Positions 1-12,774 of a stretch of 64,000 nucleotides of DNA are shown piece by piece (position 1 is the first letter of the stretch; each line of letters starts with the position of its first letter). The position numbers and the translations under genes are program-made. The stretch is taken from the NCBI GenBank assembly GCA_964016885.1, contig OZ024741.1:115444001-115508000 (forward strand), read 5' to 3'. This DNA comes from Eledone cirrhosa (lineage: Eukaryota). The notes beneath the pieces are model-generated. The model saw only the letters and a program-made list of their open reading frames with translations, was not told the DNA's origin and did not search any database.

Positions 1-3000
1 AGGTAGGGGTTACATTTGTCATAGAATATAGATATAACTCTGATTGAAAGATGTTCTTGGGGTTGGGGGGGTTACATTTGTCATAGAGTATAGATATAAC
101 TCTGATTGAAAGATGAGCTTGAGGTAGGGGTTACATTTGTCATAGAATATAGATATAACTCTGATAGAAAGATGTTCTTGAGTTGGGGTTACATTTGTCA
201 TAGAATATAGATATAACTCTGATTGAAAGATGTTCTGGAGGTGGGGTTACATTTGTCATAGAATATAGATATAACTCTGATTGAAAGATGTTCTTGAGGT
301 GGGGGTTACATTTGTCATAGAATATAGATATAACTCTGATTGAAAGATGTTCTTGGGGTTGGGGGGGGGGGGGGGGTTTACATTTGTCATAGAATATAGA
401 TATAACACTGATTGAAAGAAGTTCTTGAGGTGGGGTTTACATTTGGCATAGAATATAGATATAACTCTGATAGAAAGATGTTCTGGAGGTGGGGGTTACG
501 TTTGTCATAGAATATAGACATAACTCTGATTGAAAGATATTCTTGAGGTAGGGGTTACATTTGTCATAGAATATAGATATAACTCTGATAGAAAGATGTT
601 CTTGAGTTGGGGTTACATTTGTCATAGAATATAGATATAACTCTGATTGAAAGATGTTCTTGGGGTTGGGGGGGGGGGCGGTTTACATTTGTCATAGAAT
701 ATAGATATAACTCTGATTGAAAGATGTTCTCGAGGTGGGGGGTTACATTTGTCATAGAATATAGATATAACTCTGATTGAAAGATGTTCTTGATGCGGGG
801 GTTACATTTGTCATAGAATATAGATATAACTCTGATTGAAAGATGTTCTTGGGGTTGGGGGGGGGGGGTTCATTTGTCATAGAATATAGATATAACTCTG
901 ATTGAAAGATGTTCTTGAGTTGGGGTTACATTTGTCATAGAATATAGATATAACTCTGATTGAAAGATGTTCTTGGGGTTGGGGGGGGGGTTACATTTGT
1001 CATAGAATATAGATATAACTATGATTGAAAGATATTCTTGAGGTAGGAGTTACATTTGTCATAAAATATAGATATAACTCTGATTGAAAGATGTTCTTGA
1101 GGTAGGGGTTACGTTTGTCATAGAATATAGATATAACACTGATTGAAAGATTTTGTTGATGTAGGGGTTTCATTTGTCATAGAATATAGATATAACTCTG
1201 ACTGAAAGATATTATTGAGGTAGGGGTTACATTTGTCATAGAATAATGATATAACCCTGTTTGAATGATGGTCTTGAGATGGGGGTTACATTTGTCATAG
1301 AATATAGATATATCTCTGATTGAAAGATGTACTTGAAGTAGGGGTTACATTTGTCATAGAATATAGATATAACTCAGATTGAAAGATGTTCTTGAGATGG
1401 GGGGGTTACATTTGTCATAGAATATAGATATAACTCTGATTGAAAGATGTTCTTGAGGTGGGGGTTACATTTGTCATAGAATATAGATATAACTCTGATT
1501 GAAAGATATTCTTGAGGTAGGGGTTACAATTGTCATAGAATATAGATATAACTCTGATTGAAAGATATTCTTGATGTAGGGGTTACATTTGTCATAGAAT
1601 ATAGATATAACTCTGATTGAAAGATTTTGTTGAGGTAGGGGTTACATTTGTCATAGAATATAGATATAACTCTGTTTGAAAGATGATCCTGAGGTGGAGG
1701 TTACATTTGTCATAGAATATAGATATAACACTGATTGAAAGAGGTTCTTGAGATGGGGGTTACATTTGACATAGAATATAGTTATAACACAGAATGAAAG
1801 ATGATCTTGACGTAGGGTTACATTTGTCATAGAATATAGATATAACCCAGAATGAAAGATGATCTTGAGGTAGGGGTTACATTTGTCATAGAATATAGAT
1901 ATAACTCTGACTGAAAGATATTATTGAGGTAGGGGTTACAATTGTCATCGAGTATAGATATAACTCTGATTGAAAGATATTCTTGAGGTAGGGGTTACAT
2001 TTGTTATAGAATATAGATATAACTCTGTTTGAAAGATGTTCTTCAGATGGGGGTTACATTTGTCATAGAATATAGATATAACTCTGATAGAAAGATGATC
2101 TTGAGGTGGGGGTTACATTTGTCATAGAATATAGATATAACACTGATTGAAAGATGTTCTTGAGGTGGGGGTTACATTTGTCATAGAATATAGATATAAC
2201 TCTGATTGAAAGATGTTCTTGAGGTGGGGGTTACATTTGTCATAGGATATAGATATAACTCTGATTGAAAGATGTTCTTGAGGTGGGGGTTACATTTGTC
2301 ATAGGATATAGATATAACTCTGATAGAAAGATGTTCGTGGGGTAGGGGTTACATTTGTCATAGAATATAGATATAACTCTGATAGAAAGATGTTCTTGAG
2401 GTGGGGTTACATTTGTCATAGAATATAGATATAACTCTGATAGAAAGATGTTCTTGAGTTGGGGTTACATTTGTCATAGAATATAGATATAACTCTGATA
2501 GAAAGATGTTCTTGAGTTGGGGTTACATTTGTCATAGAATATAGATATAACTCTGATAGAAAGATGTTCTTGAGTTGGGGTTACATTTGTCATAGAATAT
2601 AGATATAACTCTGATTGAAAGATGTTCTTGAGTTGGGGTTACATTTGTCATAGAATATAGATATAACTCTGATAGAAAGATGTTCTTGAGTTGCGGGTTA
2701 CATTTGTCATAGAGTATAGATATAACTCTGATAGAAAGATGTCCTTGAGGTAGGGGTTACATTTGTCATAGAATATAGATATAACTCTGATAGAAAGATG
2801 TTCTTGAGGTAGGGGTTACATTTGTCATAGAATATAGATATAACTCTGATTGAAAGATGTTCTTGGGGTTGGGGGGGTTACATTTGTCATAGAGTATAGA
2901 TATAACTCCGATTGAAAGATGAGCTTGAGGTAGGGGTTACATTTGTCATAGAATATAGATATAACTCTGACAGAAAGATGTTCTTGAGTTGGGGTTACAT

Positions 3001-4980
3001 TTGTCATAGAATATAGATATAACTCTGATTGAAAGATGTTCTGGAGGTGGGGTTACATTTGTCATAGAATATAGATATAACTCTGATTGAAAGATGTTCT
3101 TGAGGTGGGGGTTACATTTGTCATAGAATATAGATATAACTCTGATTGAAAGATGTTCTTGAGTTGGGGTTACATTTGTCATAGAATATAGATATAACTC
3201 TGATAGAAAGATGTTCTTGAGTTGGGGTTACATTTGTCATAGAATATAGATATAACTCTGATAGAAAGATGTTCTTGAGTTGGGGCTACATTTGTCATAG
3301 AATATAGATATAACTCTGATTGAAAGATGTTCTTGAGTTCGGGTTACATTTGTCATAGAATATAGATATAACTCTGATAGAAAGATGTTCTTGAGTTGCG
3401 GGTTACATTTGTCATAGAGTATAGATATAACTCTGATAGAAAGATGTCCTTGAGGTAGGGGTTACATTTGTCATAGAATATAGATATAACTCTGATAGAA
3501 AGATGTTCTTGAGGTAGGGGTTACATTTGTCATAGAATATAGATATAACTCTGATGGAAAGATGTTCTTGGGGTTGGGGGGGGGGGGTTACATTTGTCAT
3601 AGAGTATAGATATAACTCTGATTGAAAGATGAGCTTGAGGTAGGGGTTACATTTGTCAGAGAATATAGATATAACTCTGATAGAAAGATGTTCTTGAGTT
3701 GGGGTTACATTTGTCATAGAATATAGATATAACTCTGATTGAAAGATGTTCTGGAGGTGGGGTTACATTTGTCATAGAATATAGATATAACTCTGATTGA
3801 AAGATGTTCTTGAGATGGGGGTTACATTTTTCATAGAATATAGATATAACTCTGATTGAAAGATGTTCTTGGGGTTGGGGGGGGGGGGGGGTTACATTTG
3901 TCATAGAATATAGATATAACACTGATTGAAAGAAGTTCTTGAGGTGGGGTTTACATTTGTCATAGAATATAGATATAACTCTGATAGAAAGATGTTCTAG
4001 AGGTGGGGGTTACGTTTGTCATAGAATATAGACATAACTCTGATTGAAAGATATTCTTGAGGTAGGGGTTACATTTGTCATAGAATATAGATATAACTCT
4101 GATAGAAAGATGTTCTTGAGATGGGGTTACATTTGTCATAGAATATAGATATAACTCTGATTGAAAGATGTTCTTGGGGTTGGGGGGGGGGGGGTTTACA
4201 TTTGTCATAGAATATAGATATAACTCTGATTGAAAGATGTTCTCGAGGTGGGGGGTTACATTTGTCATAGAATATAGATATAACTCTGATTGAAAGATGT
4301 TCTTGATGGGGGGGTTACATTTGTCATAGAATATAGATATAACTCTGATTGAAAGATGTTCTTGGGGTTGGGGGGGGGGTTCATTTGTCATAAAATATAG
4401 ATATAACTCTGATAAAAGATGTTCTTGAGTTGGGGTTACTTTTGTCATAGAATATAGATATAACTATGATTGAAAGATGTTCTTGGGGTTGGGGGGGGGG
4501 GTTACATTTGTCATAGAATATAGATATAACTATGATTGAAAGATATTCTTGAGGTAGGAGTTACATTTGTCATAAAATATAGATATAACTCTGATTGAAA
4601 GATGTTCTTGAGGTAGGGGTTACGTTTGTCATAGAATATAGATATAACACTGATTGAAAGATTTTGTTGATGTAGGGGTTTCATTTGTCATAGAATATAG
4701 ATATAACTCTGACTGAAAGATATTATTGAGGTAGGGGTTACATTTGTCATAGAATATTGATATAACTCTGTTAGAATGATGGTCTTGAGATGGGGGTTAC
4801 ATTTGTCATAGAATATAGATATATCTTTGATTGAAAGATGTACTTGAAGTAGGGGTTACATTTGTCATAGAATATAGATATAACTCAGATTGAAAGATGT
4901 TCTTGAGATGGGGGGGTTACATTTGTCATAGAATATAGATATAACTCTGATTGAAAGATGTTCTTAAGGTAGGGGTTACA
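1..4980 (+). repeat. Left domain with nested duplications: about 1-1480 repeated at about 3510-4980, and about 2640-3130 repeated at +705 bp
   Basis: GAAAGAAGTTCTTGAGGTGGGGTTTAC occurs at about 414 and about 3928. TTGCGGG occurs at 2691 and 3396. Identical ORFs lie at 19 and 2825. The domain is rich in GGGGTT(G)n and GAGTTGGGG monomers. Confidence 0.75.
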
Positions 4981-5271
4981 TTTGTCATAGAATATAGATA
5001 TAACTCTGATTGAAAGATGTTTCTTGGGGTTGGGGTGGTTACATTTGTCATAGAATATAGATATAACTCTGAGTGAAAGATGTTCTTGAGGTGGGGCTTA
5101 CATTTGTCATAGAATATAGATATAACTATGATTGAAAGATGTTCTGGAGGTGGGGTTACATTTGTCATAGAATATAGATATAACACTGATTGAAAGATTT
5201 TGTTGATGTAGGGGTTACGTTTGTCATAGAATATAGATATAATCTGACTGAAAGATATTATTGAGGTAGGG

Positions 5272-8200
5272 GTTACAATTGTCATAGAATATAGATATAA
5301 CTCTGATTGAAAGATATTCTTGAGGTAGGGGTTACATTTGTTATAGAATAGAGATATAACTCTGTTTGAAAGATGTTCTTGAGCTGGGGTTACATTTGTC
5401 ATAGGATATAGATATCACCCTGATAGAAAGATTTTGTAGAGGTGGGGTTACATTTGTCATAGAATATAGATATAACTCTGTTTGAAAGATGTTCTTGAGA
5501 TGGGGGTTACATTTGTCATAGAATATAGATATAACTCTGTTTGAAAGATGTTCTTGTGGTGGGGGTTACATTTGTCATAGAATATAGATATAACTCTGAT
5601 AGAAAGATGTTCTTGAGGTGGGGGTTACATTTGTCATAGGATATAGATATAACTCTGATGGAAAGATGTTTTCTAGGTAGGGGTTACATTTGTCATAGAA
5701 TATAGACATAACCCTGATCGAAAGATATTCTTGAGATGGGGGTTACATTTGTCATGGAATATAGATATAACTCTTATTGAAAGATTATCTTGAGGTAGGG
5801 GTAACATTTGTCATAGAATATAGATATATCTCTGATTGAAAGATGAGCTTGAGGTAGGGGTTACATTTGTCATAGAATATAGATATAACTCTGATGGAAA
5901 GATGTTTTCTAGGTAGGGGTTACATTTGTCATAGAATATAGACATAACCCTGATCGAAAGATGTTCTTGAGATGGGGGTTACATTTGTCATGGAATATAG
6001 ATATAACTCTTATTGAAAGATTATATTGAGGTAGGGGTAACATTTGTCATAGAATATAGATATAACTCTGAGTGAAAGATGTGCTTGAGGTGGGGGGGGG
6101 GGTTACATTTGTCATAGAATATAGATATAACTCTGATTGAAAGATTTTGTTGAGGTGGGGGTTACATTTGTCATAGAATATAGATATATCTCTGATTGAA
6201 AGATGTACTTGAAGGAGGGGTTACATTTGTCATAGAATATAGACATAACCCTGATGGAAAGATGTTCTTGAGGTGGGGGTTACATTTGTCATCGAGTATA
6301 GATATAACTCTGATTGAAAGATATTCTTGAGGTAGGGGTTACATTTGTTATAGAATTGAGATATAACTCTGTTTGAAAGATGTTCTTTAGATGGGGATAC
6401 ATATGTCATAGAATATAGATATAACTCAGATTGAAAGATGATCTTGAGGTGGGGGTTACATTTGTCATAGAATATAGATATAACTCTGATTGAAAGATAT
6501 TCTTGAGGTAGCGGTTACATTTGTCATAGATTATAGATATAACTCTGATTGAAAGATATTCTTGAGGTAGGGGTTGCATTTGTCATGGAGTCTAGATATA
6601 ACTCTGATTGAAAGATATTCTTGAGGTAGGGGTTACAATTGTCATAGAATATAGATATAACTCTGATTGAAAGATTTTGTTGAGGTAGGGGCTACATTTG
6701 TCATAGAATATAGATATAACTATGATTGAAAGATGTTCTGGAGGTGGGGTTACATTTGTCATAGAATATAGATATAACTCTGATTGAAAGATATTCTTGA
6801 GGTAGGGGTTACATTTGTTATAGAATAGAGACATAACTCTGTTTGAAAGATGTTCTTGAGCTGGGGTTACATTTGTCATAGGATATAGATATCACCCTGA
6901 TGGAAAGATTTTGTAGAGGTGGGGTTACATTTGTCATAGAATATAGATATAACACTGTTTGAAAGATGTTCTTGAGATGGGGGTTACATTTGTCATAGAA
7001 TATAGAAAATAATTCTGTTTGAAAGATGTTCTTGTGGTGGGGGTTACATTTGTCATAGAATATAGATATATCTCTGATTGAAAGATGAGCTTGAGGTAGG
7101 GGTTACATTTGTCATAGAATATAGATATAACTCTGATGGAAAGATGTTTTCTAGGTAGGGGTTACATTTGTCATAGAATATAGACATAACCCTGATCGAA
7201 AGATGTTCTTGAGATGGGGGTTACATTTGTCATGGAATATAGATATAACTCTTATTGAAAGATTATCTTGAGGTAGGGGTAACATTTGTCATAGAATATA
7301 GATATAACTCTGAGTGAAAGATGTGCTTGAGGTGGGGGGGGGTTACATTTGTCATAGAATATAGATATAACTCTGAGTGAAAGATGTGCTTGAAGTGGAG
7401 GGGGGGTTACATTTGTCATAGAATATAGATATAACTCTGATTGAAAGATATTCTAGATGTAAGGGTTACATTTGTCATAGAATAAAGATATATCTCTGAT
7501 TGAAAGATGTACTTGAAGTAGGGGTTACATTTGTCATAGAATATTGATATATCTCTGATTGAAAGATGTACTTGAAGTAGGGGTTACATTTGTCATAGAA
7601 TATAGATATAACTCTGATTGAAAGATTTTGTTGAGGTGGGGGTTACATTTGTCATAGAATATAGATATATCTCTGATTGAAAGATGTACTTGAAGGAGGG
7701 GTTACATTTGTCATAGAATATAGACATAACCATGATTGAAAGATGTTCTGGAGGTGGGGGTTACATTTGTTATAGAATATAGATATAACTCTGAATGCAA
7801 GATATACTTAGGTAGGGGTTACATTTGTCATAGAATATAGATATAATTCTGATTGAAAGATTTTGTTGAGGTAGGGGTTATATTTGTCATAGAATATAGA
7901 TATAACTATGATTGAAAGATTTTGTTGAGGTAGGCGTTACATTTGTCATAGAATATAGATATAACTCTGATTGAAAGATGTGGATGAGGTAGGGGTTACA
8001 TTTGTCATAGAATATAGATATAACACTGATTGAAAGATTTTGTTGAGGTAGGGGTTATATTTGTCATAGAATATAGATATAACTATGATTGAAAGATATT
8101 CTTGAGGTAGGGGTTACATTTGTCATAGAATAGAGATATAACGCTGATTGAAAGATTATCTTGAAGTAGGGGTTACATTTATCATAGGATATAGATATAA

Positions 8201-11200
8201 CTCAGACTAAAAGATGATCTTGAGGTAGGGGTTACATTTGTTATAGAATATAGATATAACTCTGATTGAAAGATGTTCTTGAGGTGGGGGTTACATTTGT
8301 CATAGAATATAGATATAACTCTGATAGAAAGATGTTCTTGATGTGGCGGTTATATTTGTCATAGAATATAGATATAACTCTGATTGAAAGATGTTCTTGA
8401 GGTGGAGGTTACATTTGTCATAGAATATAGATATAACTCTGATTGAAAGATGTTCTTGAGGAGGGGGTTACATTTGTCATAGAATATAGATATAACTCTG
8501 ATTGAAAGATGTTCTTGATGTGGGGGTTACATTTGTCATAGAATATAGATATAACTCTGATTGAAAGATGTTCTTGAGGTGGTGGTTACATTTGTCATAG
8601 TATATAGATATAACTCTGATTGAAAGATGTTCTTGAGGTGGGGGTTACATTTGTCATAGAATATAGATATAACTCTGACTGAAAGATGTTCTTGAGGTGG
8701 GGGTTACATTTGTCATAGAATATAGATATAACTCTGAGTGAAAGATGTTCTTGAGGTGGGGGTTACATTTTTCATAGAATATAGATATAACTCTGATAGA
8801 AAGATGTTCTTGGGGTAGGGGTTACATTTGTCATAGAATATACATATAATTCTGACTGAAAGATCTTCTTGAGGTGGGGGTTACATTTGTCATAGAATAT
8901 AGATATAACTCTGACTGAAAGATGTTCTTGAGGTGGGGGTTACATTTGTCATAGAATATAGATATAACTCTGAGTGAAAGATGTTCTTGAGGTGGGGGTT
9001 ACATTTTTCATAGAATATAGATATAACTCTGATAGAAAGATGTTCTTGGGGTAGGGGTTACATTTGTCATAGAATATACATATAATTCTGACTGAAAGAT
9101 GTTCTTGAGGTGGGGGTTACATTTGTCATAGGATATAGATATAACCTTGATTGAAAGATGTTCTTGAGGTGGGGTTACATTTGTCATAGAATATAGATAT
9201 AACTCTGATTGAAAGATGTTCTTGAGGTGGGGGTTACATTTGTCATAGAATATAGATATAACTCTGATTGAAAGATGTTCTTGAGGTGGGGGTTACATTT
9301 GTCATAGAATATAGATATAACTCTGATTGAAAGATGTTCTTGAGGTGGAGGTTACGTTTGTCATAGAATATAGATATAACTCTGATTGAAAGATGTTCTT
9401 GAGGTGGAGGTTACAGTTGTCATAGAATATAGATATAACTCTGATTGAAAGATGTGGTTTAGGTGGGGGTTACATTTGTCATAGAGTATAGATATAATTC
9501 TGACTGAAAGATGTTCTTGAGGTGGGGCTACATTTGTCATAGGATATAGATATAACTCAGACTAAAAGATGATCTTGAGGTAGGGGTTACATTTGTTATA
9601 GAATATAGATATAACTCTGATTGAAAGATGTTCTTGAGGTGGGGGTTACATTTGTCATAGAATATAGATATAACTCTGATAGAAAGATGTTCTTGAGGTG
9701 GGGGTTACATCTGTCACAGAATATAGATATAACTCTGATTGAAAGATGTTCTTGATGTGGAGGTTACATTTGTCATAGAATATAGATATAACTCTGATTG
9801 AAAGATGTTCTGGAGGTGGGGTTACATTTGTCATAGAATATAGATATAACTCAGACTAAAAGATTTTGTTGAGGTAGGGTTACATTTGTCATGGAATATA
9901 GATATAACTCAGACTAAAAGATTATCTTGAGGTGGGGGTTACATTTGTCATAGAATATAGATATAACTCTGATTGAAAGATGTTCTTGAGGTGAGGGTTA
10001 CATTTGTCATAGAATATAGATATAACTCTGATTGAAAGATGTTCTTGAGGTGGAGGTTACATTTGTCATAGAATATAGATATAACTCTGGTTGAAAGATG
10101 TCGTTGAGGTGGGGGTTACATTTGTCATAGAGTATAGATATAATCTCTGATAGAAATATGTTCTTGGGGTAGGGGTTACATTTGTCATAGAATATACATA
10201 TAATTCTGACTGAAAGATGTTCTTGAGGTGGGGGTTACATTTGTCATAGAATATACATATAATTCTGACTGAAAAATGTTCTTGAGGTGGGGGTTACATT
10301 TGTCATAGAATATAGATATAACTCTGATAGAATGATGTTCTTGGGGTAGGGGTTACGTTTGTCATAGAATATACATATAATTCTGACTGAAAGATGTTCT
10401 TGAGGTGGGGGTTACATTTGTCGTAGGATATAGATATAACCTTGATTGAAAGATGTTCTTGAGGTGGGGTTACATTTGTCATAGAATATAGATATAACTC
10501 TGATTGAAAGATGTTCTTGAGGTGGGGGTTACATTTGTCATAGAATATAGATATAACTCTGATTGAAAGATGTTCTTGAGGTGGGGGTTACATTTGTCAT
10601 AGAATATAGATATAACTCTGATTGAAAGATGTTCTTGATGTGCAGGTTACGTTTGTCCTAGAATATAGATATAACTCTGATTGAAAGATGTTCTTGAGGT
10701 GGAGGTTACATTTGTCATAGAATATAGATATAACTCTGATTGAAAGATGAGGTTGAGGTGTTGGTTACATTTGTCATAGAGTATAGATATAACTCTGACT
10801 GAAAGATGTTCTTGAGGTGGGGGTTACATTTGTCATAGGATATAGATATAACTCAGACTAAAAGATGATCTTGAGGTAGGGGTTACATTTGTTATAGAAT
10901 ATAGATATAACTCTGATTGAAAGATGTTCTTGAGGTGGGGGTTACATCTGTCACAGAATATAGATATAACTCTGATTGAAAGATGTTCTTGATGTGGAGG
11001 TTACATTTGTCATAGAATATAGATATAACTCTGATTGAAAGATGTTCTGGAGGTGAGGTTACATTTGTCATAGAATATAGATATAACTCAGACTAAAAGA
11101 TTTTGTTGAGGTAGGGGTTACATTTGTCATGGAATATAGATATAACTCAGACTAAAAGATTATCTTGAGGTGGGGGTTACATTTGTCATAGAATATAGAT

Positions 11201-12774
11201 ATACCTCTGAGTGAAAGATGTTCTTGAGGTGGGGGTTACATTTTTCATAGAATATAGATATAACTCTGATAGAAAGATGTTCTTGGGGTAGGGGTTACAT
11301 TTGTCATAGAATATACATATAATTCTGACTGAAAGACGTTCTTGAGGTGGGGGTTACATTTGTCATAGGATATAGATATAACCTTGATTGAAAGATGTTC
11401 TTGAGGTGTAGTTACATTTGTCATAGAATATAGATATAACTCTGATTGAAAGATGTTCTTGAGGTGGGGGTTATATTTGTCATAGAATATAGATATAACT
11501 CTGATTGAAAGATGTTCTTGAGGTGGGGGTTACATTTGTCATAGAATATAGATATAACTCTGACTGAAAGACGTTCTTGAGGTGGGGGTTACATTTGTCA
11601 TAGGATATAGATATAACCTTGATTGAAAGATGTTCTTGAGGTGTAGTTACATTTGTCATAGAATATAGATATAACTCTGATTGAAAGATGTTCTTGAGGT
11701 GGGGGTTATATTTGTCATAGAATATAGATATAACTCTGATTGAAAGATGTTCTTGAGGTGGGGGTTACATTTGTCATAGAATATAGATATAACTCTGAAT
11801 GCAAGATATTCTTAGGTAGGGGTTACATTTGTCATAGAATATAGATATAACTCTGATTGAAAGATTTTGTTGAGGTAGGGGTTAAATTTGTCATAGAATA
11901 TAGATATAACTATGATTGAAAGATGTTCTTGAGGTAGAGGTTACATTTGTCATAGAATATAGATATAACTCTGATTGAAAGATGTGGTTGAGGTAGGGGT
12001 TACATTTGTCATAGAATATAGATATAACACTGATCGAAAGATGTTCTTGGGGTTGGGGGGGGGGGGGGTTACATTTGTCATAGAATATAGATATAACTCT
12101 GATTGAAAGATGTTCCTGAGTTGGGGTTACATTTGTCAAAGAATATAGATATAACTCTGATTGAAAGATGTCCTTGGGGTTGGGGTGGTTACATTTGTCA
12201 TAGAGTATAGATATAACTCTGAGTGAAAGATGTTCTTGAGGTGGGGGTTACATTTGTCATAGAATATAGATATAACTCTGATTGAAAGATATTCTTGAGG
12301 TAGGGGTTACATTTGTCATAGAGTATAGATATAACTCTGATTGAAAGATATTCTTGAGGTAGGGGTTACAATTGTCATAGAATATAGATATAACTCTGAT
12401 TGAAAGATATTCTTGATGTAGGGGTTACATTTGTCATAGAATATAGATATAACTCTGATTGAAAGATTTTGTTGAGGTAGGGGTTACATTTGTCATAGAA
12501 TATAGATATAACTCTGATTGAAAGATATTCTTGATGAAGGGGTTACATTTGTCATAGAATATAGATATAACTATGATTGAAAGATGTTCTGGAGGTGGGG
12601 TTACATTTGTCATAGAATATTGATATAACACTGATTGAAAGATTTTGTTGATGTAGGGGTTACGTTTGTCATAGAATATAGATATAATGTGACTGAAAGA
12701 TGTTCTTGAGGTAGGGTTACGTTTGTCATAGAATATAGATATAACACTGATTGAAAGATTTTGTTGAGGTAGGG
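5272..12774 (+). repeat. Higher-order repeat (HOR) copy 1, 7,503 bp, about 127 monomers
   Basis: The marker GTTACAATTG...GTTATAGAATAGAG...GAGCTGGGG...ATATCACCCTG starts at 5272, 12775, 17508, 24949 and 32161. Identical spurious ORFs fall at 6592, 14094 and 18827. Confidence 0.92.
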
